From contig JALDAJ010000001.1 of NCBI GenBank assembly GCA_022729235.1, forward strand, positions 256,001-320,000: DNA of 64,000 nt, in the 5' to 3' direction. A program made the position numbers and the translations under genes. Below the pieces are notes generated by a model, which did no database searches, was not told where the DNA came from, and was given only the letters and a program-made list of their open reading frames with translations. Position 1 is the stretch's first letter. The number at the start of each line of letters is the position of its first letter. Positions 39,725-47,688 of the stretch are shown here, piece by piece. The DNA is from Candidatus Nanohalarchaeota archaeon (GTDB lineage: Archaea > Nanohalarchaeota > Nanosalinia > Nanosalinales > Nanosalinaceae).

Positions 39725-39995
39725 ACATACCTCTTAACAAACCCCGAACTTAAATTTACACCTCCCCGGAGAAGAGACAAGAGAATCCAAAGACTATAGA
39801 AAGACTCCTACGCCCCCTCAGAACACATAACCAACCATTCAGTGCCCCGATAAGAAACAGGGTATCTCGAAAGGGCTAGCAACCTAGACGTACTTATATC
39901 CCATCGGAAACACGGTTGAGGGCTCTGAACCAATGGTTCAAAGTCCCAGTTGAGCACTGAACCCCGCCAAACTATCGTATCCTGAGCACACCTGG

Positions 39996-40982
39996 TTAGA
40001 GAACTTGCTTGTTATCTTCAGCAGATCGGTAGAGGCTCCGGATGTAGTGCATAGCTGCTAGAGCGTATTCGACTGCGACTTCCGGCTGAACATCCCACCT
40101 TTCCAGTGTCTTTGGGTTATAACCGTGACCGCCGCTCGGATTTCGCATTCCCCCGAGATAGTTGCCACCGTGAAGATGTCTCTTCATCGTCCAATTTTCT
40201 TTGTGTAGTTCTGTCGCGAGTTGACCTATACCTGAGGCGCTGCTATAGTTTCCGCTTGTACCATAGTCGTTTCCTATATCTCTTTGAAAATCTTCTACAG
40301 CTCTACCCGCTGCGGAAATAGAATTTCTTGGTGAGCTGTTGTGTTCAACTAAAGCAGTTGCTAGTTCATCTACATACTTGTCGTTCATATAAGCTACAAC
40401 ATCTTCACCAATCTGGTCTTCGATGAAAATACGAGCAGTAGCTTCGGATTTAAGAGCATCTTCCAACTCCTGGATGTACTCTTCGGATATTGGGCTATCC
40501 TTGGCAGAAACGGCGATGGTCCCGTTATCATTCTCAAGGAGATTCGAATAGGTTCCAAGCTTAATGAACTGCTTCTTTATCTTCTCTTCACTGATTCCTA
40601 AATCATACAGGACATCAACTTGTACCGCAGCACGATCTGGTTCATATCCCTTGGAAAGAAATGAGAGGAAGGCGATGAATGGTTTGTACCTTTGAAGATA
40701 CTTGTTTAGAATTACAAACCGCTGATCCGGAGACAGTTTCCTGACTTCCTCGGCTATATCAGAGTTTACTTCGAACCCGCTATCAACTTCTTGCATAAGG
40801 TTTAGTTCTTCCCCTAAGTGTATGACTGCCTTAGTATAGCGAGTTCCACAGTCGATGAACCGAGAAATTTCATCTCTTTCGAGTGGTCTTGGAGTCTGCG
40901 ATAGTCCAAATACAGCTTCCATCAATACCTCAGGGTTCACTACATTGGCCCGCAGAGATTGATGTACCTCCGACATGTTCAC
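39996..40982 (-). CDS. Winged-helix-like N-terminus plus C-terminal HEPN-like domain
   Basis: AGRAVED ... MRNPSGGH (Rx5H). Confidence 0.65.
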   Translation of the reverse strand: MNMSEVHQSLRANVVNPEVLMEAVFGLSQTPRPLERDEISRFIDCGTRYTKAVIHLGEELNLMQEVDSGFEVNSDIAEEVRKLSPDQRFVILNKYLQRYKPFIAFLSFLSKGYEPDRAAVQVDVLYDLGISEEKIKKQFIKLGTYSNLLENDNGTIAVSAKDSPISEEYIQELEDALKSEATARIFIEDQIGEDVVAYMNDKYVDELATALVEHNSSPRNSISAAGRAVEDFQRDIGNDYGTSGNYSSASGIGQLATELHKENWTMKRHLHGGNYLGGMRNPSGGHGYNPKTLERWDVQPEVAVEYALAAMHYIRSLYRSAEDNKQVL

Positions 40983-41695
40983 TCAGGCAGATGTTCTTCC
41001 AGTATCTCTAGCTTCTCCTTGAGCTCGGTTTTGTCTATGTCAGCGAGATCAACTTTAACGTTGATTTCGACATTTTCTCTCGTTTCGGACGAGGTTCTGC
41101 TAGGAACGTCAGGCGTTTTATCTCCCTCAGAACCTGTCGTCGGCTGTCCTTGTTGATCCAAGCTGTCGTTCTCTTCCTCTTCCGTCTCGTCTAGGGATAG
41201 ACTTAGTTCCAGTTTTCCGCCCTCACCGGCCTCAATCACACCAAGTTCCTCGAATATCCCGACAAAACGCTCGACCTTCTCAATATCCTCTTCGAAGTAT
41301 TCTTGCTTGCCAGCGACCTTTTTGGCTATCTCTGATCGAGTGTAATCCGAGTTCTTGTTAAGTAGATATACCACTTCGTTAAACAAGTCGTTCTCTTCCT
41401 GAAGCTGTTTGACTAGTTTTTTCTTTGCACGCCTCTCCATTTCCTCATTTGATGCGTTTTCGAGCGAAACTAGGAATTTCGGAGGAGAGTAGTACCCTGC
41501 TTTCTCTCTATGGATCAGTCCGATTTTCCAGAGCGCCTTGTAACAGGTGGATGCGTTCTGGGTGTTAATATCGTCGGCCGCGTCTTTGTAGTATACGGCT
41601 TCCTCACCCTCATAGGTAAAGCGCTCAATGAGATTTTCAAGTGCTTTCTTATGGAGTTCTGGAGAGAATCTCCCCGGCAAATCATCTCGTTCCAT
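40979..41695 (-). CDS. Tandem winged-helix-like hypothetical protein
   Basis: ALWKIGLI and FEELGVIE wHTH-like segments, acidic linker, VEINVKVDL strand; overlaps the downstream gene (GTGA). Confidence 0.6.
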   Translation of the reverse strand: MERDDLPGRFSPELHKKALENLIERFTYEGEEAVYYKDAADDINTQNASTCYKALWKIGLIHREKAGYYSPPKFLVSLENASNEEMERRAKKKLVKQLQEENDLFNEVVYLLNKNSDYTRSEIAKKVAGKQEYFEEDIEKVERFVGIFEELGVIEAGEGGKLELSLSLDETEEEENDSLDQQGQPTTGSEGDKTPDVPSRTSSETRENVEINVKVDLADIDKTELKEKLEILEEHLPE

Positions 41696-42037
41696 AAGTC
41701 ACATATTTAATAAAAAACTTTTTAAACTATTCTGTTATTCGCCGATTTTTAGTCAAATTGCAGAGATATTTTGTCACGAGGAGAAAATCCGGCAGGAGTT
41801 TCCGAGGGTATTACACCATAATACACAGCAAGCTTTAGATGAAGGAAATGATGACTAATAACTAACCAATATAAGCACAGTGTTCGCCTATCAAATACGA
41901 ATCAGCAGGCTGAGAAAGATATGATGTTGTATAATAGTACTATTTAAATGCTGAACACTAGATTTCTCTTGAAAATTCAAACGAAGCGAGGAGAACCGAG
42001 AAGAGCTTGAAAGAAAGGCTCTGAATGGACGAGAAGG

Positions 42038-42171
42038 CGCCCCCTCAGGGATTTGAACCCTGGATCTGCACCTATTTGCTTCGAAGATCAGAGATCTTCT
42101 CGGTCCCCGTTCTCCCGTTGGGAGAACTTGAGGCTCCGCAAGGTGCCGTCTTTCCACTAGACCAAGGGGGC
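42038..42171 (-). tRNA. tRNA-Arg(GCG) with 62-nt intron at 37/38 (42074-42135)
   Basis: Acceptor GCCCCCT/AGGGGGC, stem GCACC/GGTGC, A20; TTGC pairs with intron GCAA. Confidence 0.9.
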
Positions 42172-42255
42172 ACATTTGTGGTAGAGGGAGGCGAGTTTTA
42201 AAAATCGAGTCAGGTGCGAGAGGGTTTTTTAACTGTTTGTTGCGGGAAAGTTGGT

Positions 42256-42420
42256 ATGGAGAACGAAGAATGCACCAGCTGCGGTCGTAACCTGAGGGCG
42301 GCTGAAACTTTTGTCGAGTTTGACTGCCCGAAGTGCGGTGAGACGATTTCGCGCTGCGGGAAGTGCAAGAAACTCGCCCGTGAATATGAGTGTCCGGAAT
42401 GCGGCTTTACAGGACCGTAA
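42256..42420 (+). CDS. Zinc-ribbon protein, DUF1610/HVO_2753 family
   Basis: CTSC..FDCPKCG..RCGKC..YECPECGFTGP; conserved neighbour of aEF-1beta. Confidence 0.92.
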   Translation: MENEECTSCGRNLRAAETFVEFDCPKCGETISRCGKCKKLAREYECPECGFTGP

Positions 42421-42583
42421 CTTTTTCATTCTTGGAGAAACCGGACTTGAACAGGTGGTTGAAAATGGAGTTCCTAAGAAAGTTAAAGGAAAAACTCAGA
42501 AATCTTTTCTAGAGTGATTTTTCTCACAGCGTTTCTGTTTTTTAACTTTTTCTTTCTCATCCTGTTTTTAGGTGATACTTGAA

Positions 42584-42838
42584 ATGGGAAAGATTGCTGT
42601 TGTCCTGAGAATTATGCCGGAAGACGCTGAAACCGATCTAGATGAGATTGAAGATGGAGTCCGTGACAGGATTAACGTCGACGATGTTGAGAGAGATGAG
42701 GTGGCGTTCGGTCTGCAGGCGCTCATGGTCTCCACGATGACAACCGATGAAGAAGGTGGAACCGACCATATCGAGAACGAGCTGGAGGACCTTGAGGGCG
42801 TGCAGAGCATCGAGGTAGAGAAGTTCAACAAGATTTAA
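42584..42838 (+). CDS. ef1b: Translation elongation factor aEF-1beta
   Basis: IMPE...VAFGLQAL...EEGGTD...GVQS; GGTGA SD. Confidence 0.95.
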   Translation: MGKIAVVLRIMPEDAETDLDEIEDGVRDRINVDDVERDEVAFGLQALMVSTMTTDEEGGTDHIENELEDLEGVQSIEVEKFNKI

Positions 42839-42864
42839 ACCTTGAGCTCTATACAGCAGACGTT

Positions 42865-43338
42865 ATGACAGACAAAAAAGCAGTGGCGCTCGCCATATAT
42901 GAAAGCAGTGAGAAAAGTAGCATTCTAAGTGTTTTGAGACCGGAAGATGATGAGGACCATCCAGGAGTTTGGGGGATGCCAGCTACCTCTCTGAACGATG
43001 GAGAGTCTTGGGAAGAAGCGGTGCGCCGCGCAGCAAGAGAAAAGCTCAACGTTGAAATAGAAAGCATAGAGTTGTTGAGCGAAGGAAAACAGTCTAGAGA
43101 CGATTACGACATCACTCTTAGAAACTATCAGGCAGAAATAAAGGGCAATCAAACACCTGATGTTCAGGAGGCTTCAACTACAGGAACCAAATACGAGGAA
43201 TGGGACTGGAAACCAGTGAACCAGATGAAAGAAGCAGCGACAGAAACGGCAAGCCTCTGCACAACATTGATTTTAGATCTGCACGAAAAGGAGTTTGATA
43301 GGCCAGAGAATATAGAAAGAGTCAAGCATTACGCCTAG
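42865..43338 (+). CDS. NUDIX hydrolase (divergent box)
   Basis: WGMPATSLNDGESWEEAVRRAAREKL. Confidence 0.8.
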   Translation: MTDKKAVALAIYESSEKSSILSVLRPEDDEDHPGVWGMPATSLNDGESWEEAVRRAAREKLNVEIESIELLSEGKQSRDDYDITLRNYQAEIKGNQTPDVQEASTTGTKYEEWDWKPVNQMKEAATETASLCTTLILDLHEKEFDRPENIERVKHYA

Positions 43339-43478
43339 AAAGTCGTCTCTCCACCGCCGCAGACCCTGCAGCCATATTCGAGCTTGTCCTCTCTGCATAC
43401 CTGGGAGCCGCAGACCTCACAGGTCGTTACCGCTGGCCTTTCGTTGCAGTAATCGCAGAGAGCGGATGTTTCTTGCAT
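43335..43478 (-). CDS. Small Cys-rich zinc-finger protein (47 aa, not in ORF track)
   Basis: MQETSALCDYCNERPAVTTCEVCGSQVCREDKLEYGCRVCGGGETTF*. Confidence 0.78.
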   Translation of the reverse strand: MQETSALCDYCNERPAVTTCEVCGSQVCREDKLEYGCRVCGGGETTF

Positions 43479-43517
43479 CACGTTACTTGTTAAAGTTCTA
43501 GCGGTAAAATCTTTTGC

Positions 43518-44543
43518 ATGGGAGTTGATCTAGGTGACCTCGTGGAGCCGGAAGAAATCGAGTGGGCGGAACTACATGACAAGGAGCTTGCTATCGATGC
43601 GATGAACACGCTTTACCAGTTCCTGTCGATTATCAGGCAGAGAGACGGTACCCCGCTCAAAGACTCGCAGGGGCGTGTCACCTCCCATTTATCCGGGCTT
43701 TTCTACAGGAATATCAACCTGCTGGAGAACGGTATAAGACCGGTATACATCTTCGATGGCGAGACACCCGAGCTCAAGGAGAAAGAGTCTTCTCGAAGAA
43801 GAAAGAAGCGGGAGGAAGCCCGGGAAGAATGGAAACGCCTCAAGGACGAAGGTAAAGTCGAAGAGGCTTACACCAAGGCAACACAATCCTCCAGACTAGA
43901 CGGCGACATGATACTTGAGGCGAAGAAACTGCTGGACGCGATGGGAATACCCTACATAGATGCGGTAAGTGAGGGAGAAGCCCAGGCAGCCCACATGACC
44001 CGGTCGGACGAAGGTGATATATACGCGGTCGGGAGCCAGGACTGGGACTGCCTGCTGTTCGGCGCGGAAAAGATGGTCAGGAATCTTACAACGCGGAAGA
44101 AGCGGAAGACCTCTAGCGGCGGGAAGAAAGAGGTATCCGTCGAAAGAATAGAGCTTGAAGACGTCCTTGACGAACTCGAAGTTTCGCAGGAGAAGCTGGT
44201 CTGGATGGGCATCCTGATGGGAACCGACTTCAACCCGGACGGGGTCAAAGGTATAGGTCCGAAGACCGCGCTCAAGCTGGTGAAAAAATACGACAGTTTT
44301 GAAGAACTTTTAGAAGATGAAAAAGTCGACTTGGATATGGAAAGGGCGGAGAAGATACTAGAGCTTTTCATGGATCCTCCGGTCGAAGAAGTTAGCTACG
44401 AGTTCAGTTCACCGGATAACGGCAGGATAAAGGAGATACTTGTAGAAGAACATGACTTCTCAGAAGAGAGAATTGATTCAGGTCTTGACAAGCTTGAGAA
44501 GGCGCTTGAATCGAGACAGTCAGGGCTGGAAAGCTTTGTCTGA
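43518..44543 (+). CDS. fen: Flap endonuclease 1
   Basis: AIDAMN.LYQFL, SHLSGLFYR, EGEAQAA, SQDWD, GTDFN, GIGPK, C-terminal PIP box QSGLESF. Confidence 0.98.
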   Translation: MGVDLGDLVEPEEIEWAELHDKELAIDAMNTLYQFLSIIRQRDGTPLKDSQGRVTSHLSGLFYRNINLLENGIRPVYIFDGETPELKEKESSRRRKKREEAREEWKRLKDEGKVEEAYTKATQSSRLDGDMILEAKKLLDAMGIPYIDAVSEGEAQAAHMTRSDEGDIYAVGSQDWDCLLFGAEKMVRNLTTRKKRKTSSGGKKEVSVERIELEDVLDELEVSQEKLVWMGILMGTDFNPDGVKGIGPKTALKLVKKYDSFEELLEDEKVDLDMERAEKILELFMDPPVEEVSYEFSSPDNGRIKEILVEEHDFSEERIDSGLDKLEKALESRQSGLESFV

Positions 44544-44573
44544 CATCTTATCTCCCGAGAACTCTGATTTTCG

Positions 44574-46106
44574 CTACCGCTGCTCCCGTAGTTCCTTAAG
44601 CACTAACTTGGTGATTTCTCCTATCTCCTGGTACCCTTTACGCAGCTCCTCTATCTCTTCCTGCTGTCTCTCAATCTCCTCTATAAGAGGTTCTATATCT
44701 CTCCCATCACCTGATTCCTCTCTCTGTTCGAGCTGGTCGACCCGGCGCTCAACCCTTTCCAGCCCGGAGTCATTGCCCCCGACCTGTTGCTGGACGAGTT
44801 CGGACAGGTTCCTGTTGATCTCTTCTAGGACTTTTTCAGTATCGTTTTCCTCCTGCGCCAGTTCTTCGTATTCGTCGTGGGAAAGCAGTTTGAGGTGTGC
44901 CAGGTCTTCAAAGTCGTTGAAAATCCATTTGAAATCCGAAACAACTGCTTTCAGGTCATTCATTTCCTTCCTCAAGTCCGAGACCTCGGTTTCATCAAAT
45001 TCCTGCCGTAGTGACTCCAGTCTCTGGTTGAGATTCCTTATATCCGAGCGGAGTTCCTTCAAGTCGTCTTCTACCGATGTATCCGCCACTTCTTCCTCTA
45101 AATCCACCAGTTTCTCATCTGCCTCATCCTGTCTCTGAGAAAGATTGGCTCGGACTTCCCTGATTAAATCAGACTTCTCAGCGAGCGTGTCCTTGACCTT
45201 TTCCAGTTCTTTCTCCAGGCTATCAACTGCTTCTTCACTATCCAGGTCTTCTATCTGGGAATGTACCTGTTCAAATCTTTCTTCATATTCTTCCTCTACC
45301 TGTTCGATTCTTTCCTCTATATCAGATGCAGGGTCTTCAGGCATGGACTCCTGCAGTTCTTCCAGGTCCTGTCGGAGTTCGTCGAGTTCCCCGTCGTCAC
45401 CGTCATCATCTATGCGGTCTCGTAGCTGGTCGAGTTCTTCCCTGATTTCTTCCTCTACTTCGTCAACTCTTCCCTGGAGGTCAGAGCCTGATTCTTCGGG
45501 TATAGATTCTTCGAGACCCTCAAGTTCATCCAGTTTTTCCGAAACATCTTCTACCTGGCCCTGCAGAGACTCTACGGCATCATTATTTTCCAGTTCCTCG
45601 ATTCTGTCCTCGATTTCCTGGGACTCAGTATCTTCAAGCCGGGACTCAAGTTCCTCAATCCTTTCTCTGAGTTCGTCAACTTCTTCAGGAGCTTTCCGGG
45701 ACGTGTCTTCCCCCGAAGACTCTTCTTCCAGGGTTTCATCCCCGTCTCCTTGATCCTCTTCGCTCTCTTGATCTCCGAATATAGCGTCATCGCCATCGTC
45801 TTCATCGTCCAGTAGGACTTGTTCGTCGGAGCCATCCTCAGTTTCATCTTCTTCCGTGAACACTGTTCCGCCGTCTTCAGCCTCGTCATCGCCGAAGAGT
45901 GTGTCGCCTTCACTTTCATCCTCTACCTCTTCCTGTTCTTCATCATCTCCGAACAGTGTTTCATTCTCTTTATCATCCTCCGTAGAACCTGAGTCGTCTT
46001 CAAATATCTCTTCTTCCGCTTCTTCGTCATCTCCAAAGAGTACTTCCTGTTTGGAATCTTCCTCGTCGTCTTCTCCGAATATAACGTCGTCCGTCATCGA
46101 GTTCAC
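44574..46106 (-). CDS. Acidic coiled-coil protein with N-terminal (L/I)FGDDE repeats
   Basis: About 8 Phe/Leu-acidic repeats in the first 120 aa, then long heptads. Confidence 0.8.
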   Translation of the reverse strand: MNSMTDDVIFGEDDEEDSKQEVLFGDDEEAEEEIFEDDSGSTEDDKENETLFGDDEEQEEVEDESEGDTLFGDDEAEDGGTVFTEEDETEDGSDEQVLLDDEDDGDDAIFGDQESEEDQGDGDETLEEESSGEDTSRKAPEEVDELRERIEELESRLEDTESQEIEDRIEELENNDAVESLQGQVEDVSEKLDELEGLEESIPEESGSDLQGRVDEVEEEIREELDQLRDRIDDDGDDGELDELRQDLEELQESMPEDPASDIEERIEQVEEEYEERFEQVHSQIEDLDSEEAVDSLEKELEKVKDTLAEKSDLIREVRANLSQRQDEADEKLVDLEEEVADTSVEDDLKELRSDIRNLNQRLESLRQEFDETEVSDLRKEMNDLKAVVSDFKWIFNDFEDLAHLKLLSHDEYEELAQEENDTEKVLEEINRNLSELVQQQVGGNDSGLERVERRVDQLEQREESGDGRDIEPLIEEIERQQEEIEELRKGYQEIGEITKLVLKELREQR

Positions 46107-46139
46107 TTAATACTGAGAAGTACTCAAAACGTTAAAACA

Positions 46140-47615
46140 CTACTGGTCCATCGCCGCCTTCACGAGTTCTGTAAGCTCCACCATCGTCGACATCAGTTCG
46201 TCAACATCCACTTCATTCTCATGGACGCGGTCCTCAAGCGATAGTAGTTCTTCGTCCATCGCCTCCCATAGACGCTCCAGTTTCTCGTCCTCCGCGGTCT
46301 CCTCTCTAAACTCCTTGACATAGGACCGGAGTTCTTCCATAGAACGGTCTGCTTCTTTCTGGTCCTTTCCAAGCCTTTCTATCTCAGCTTCAAGCTTCTG
46401 TTTCTCGTACTTAACCGTTTCCTTTATTTCCTCTATTTCTCCGCGCAGTTCTTCATCGACTATATCCCGTATACGCCTGTCCGGATTCATAACCACGTCC
46501 TCCAGTTCAGTTAGCCGGTCATCAATCTGCTGCGGTGTCTTGATGGTCTCGATGCGGTCTTCCAGCCGGGCGATCCTTTCCTCGAGGTCGCTGTCGTCCT
46601 CGAGTTCCATCCTTTCCACTCTCTGCTCCAGTTCGTTTATCTTCCCGAGTTCCTGTGCTTCGCTCGAAACCATCTTTTCCTCAAGTTTCTTGATGCGCTC
46701 ATTTAGCTCTTCGTTTCTCGAACCCTTCTCTCTCCCGGAGATCTTCTCCTCCAGATCGTTCAGGTTCTTTTCCAGGGCATCTCTCTTCTCTGATGTGGAT
46801 TCAGGCGTAGTAGGAGCCGTATCAGTTTCAGCGGTATCTCGGGTTTCAGGCGCTTCCTCGCCTTCGACTTCCGGTTCTATGGCAGACTCTTCTCGATGTT
46901 CTTCATGCGTCGGTTCTTCCACAGGAACCTCTACTTCGACGTCCTCATCGGGCGTGACCTCCATCTCTGCTTCTCCATCATCCGGTTCAACTGTAGAGCT
47001 CCCAGTTTCCTGTTCCGACACGTCTGCCCTCTCCTCGCTCTCTGTCCCATCTCTTTCGTAATCACCTGTATCTATACCCAGTTCCTCTTGCAGGGCTAGC
47101 TCAGCCTCTACGTCTTCATCTTCTACTCCTGGCATCTCCTCGAGATCATCCAGGGATTCTATTTCTCCTATCTCCTCAGGAGAGTTAACGGTCTCATCAT
47201 CCAGAGCCTGTCTCTCGGCATCAAGCTCTTTCTCCAAATCCTCTGTATCAAGAACAGGGCCGCTATCAGTTTCATCATGAACCGGTTTCGCCTCCAGGCG
47301 AGCTGTGGTTTCTGTACTCTTACCTGTGAAAATAGATTTTATACGCGAGATAAGAGACCCAGAATGTTCATGCCTTTTTCGAGACACACTCTTCTCATCA
47401 GGTGCGCGGTTTCCAGAGCCTCCTATATCTGTGATCTGATCCTCGAGGTTTTCACCCTCTTCAGCCTCCACGCACTCCATTTCCTCATCGATAGAGCTTA
47501 CCGCCTTCCTGACTATACTTTTCTCAGGAGTCCTGACTTCTACCCCTTCCGACTCCTTCTTGGAGTGGAGCTCGTCTGTAGCCTCCTGAACTTTTTTCTC
47601 TATGGTAGAAGCCAT
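46140..47615 (-). CDS. Acidic disordered/coiled-coil protein
   Basis: Amphipathic SLISRIKSIF, acidic linker, C-terminal coiled coil. Confidence 0.8.
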   Translation of the reverse strand: MASTIEKKVQEATDELHSKKESEGVEVRTPEKSIVRKAVSSIDEEMECVEAEEGENLEDQITDIGGSGNRAPDEKSVSRKRHEHSGSLISRIKSIFTGKSTETTARLEAKPVHDETDSGPVLDTEDLEKELDAERQALDDETVNSPEEIGEIESLDDLEEMPGVEDEDVEAELALQEELGIDTGDYERDGTESEERADVSEQETGSSTVEPDDGEAEMEVTPDEDVEVEVPVEEPTHEEHREESAIEPEVEGEEAPETRDTAETDTAPTTPESTSEKRDALEKNLNDLEEKISGREKGSRNEELNERIKKLEEKMVSSEAQELGKINELEQRVERMELEDDSDLEERIARLEDRIETIKTPQQIDDRLTELEDVVMNPDRRIRDIVDEELRGEIEEIKETVKYEKQKLEAEIERLGKDQKEADRSMEELRSYVKEFREETAEDEKLERLWEAMDEELLSLEDRVHENEVDVDELMSTMVELTELVKAAMDQ

Positions 47616-47688
47616 CAGTAAAAATAATAGCCGAGCCGGTTAATAAAATCGCCCTACAGCCAGGATTAAATACGCGCCAGGTCAAGTA

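Larger units (their letters stand above)
39811..42048. mobile_element. tRNA-Arg(GCG)-anchored genomic islet bounded by an 11-bp direct repeat
   Basis: CGCCCCCTCAG at 39811-39821 and 42038-42048 (tRNA 3' end); lower GC cargo; no integrase. Confidence 0.65.

Noticed and set aside
39811-42048. Intact provirus or integrative element
   Set aside because: No integrase, capsid or replication gene; the repeat is only 11 bp, so it is treated as a relic islet.
44452-47621. Long Ser-rich plus-strand ORFs (also opposite many other genes)
   Set aside because: Antisense shadows of Glu/Asp-rich coding sequence.
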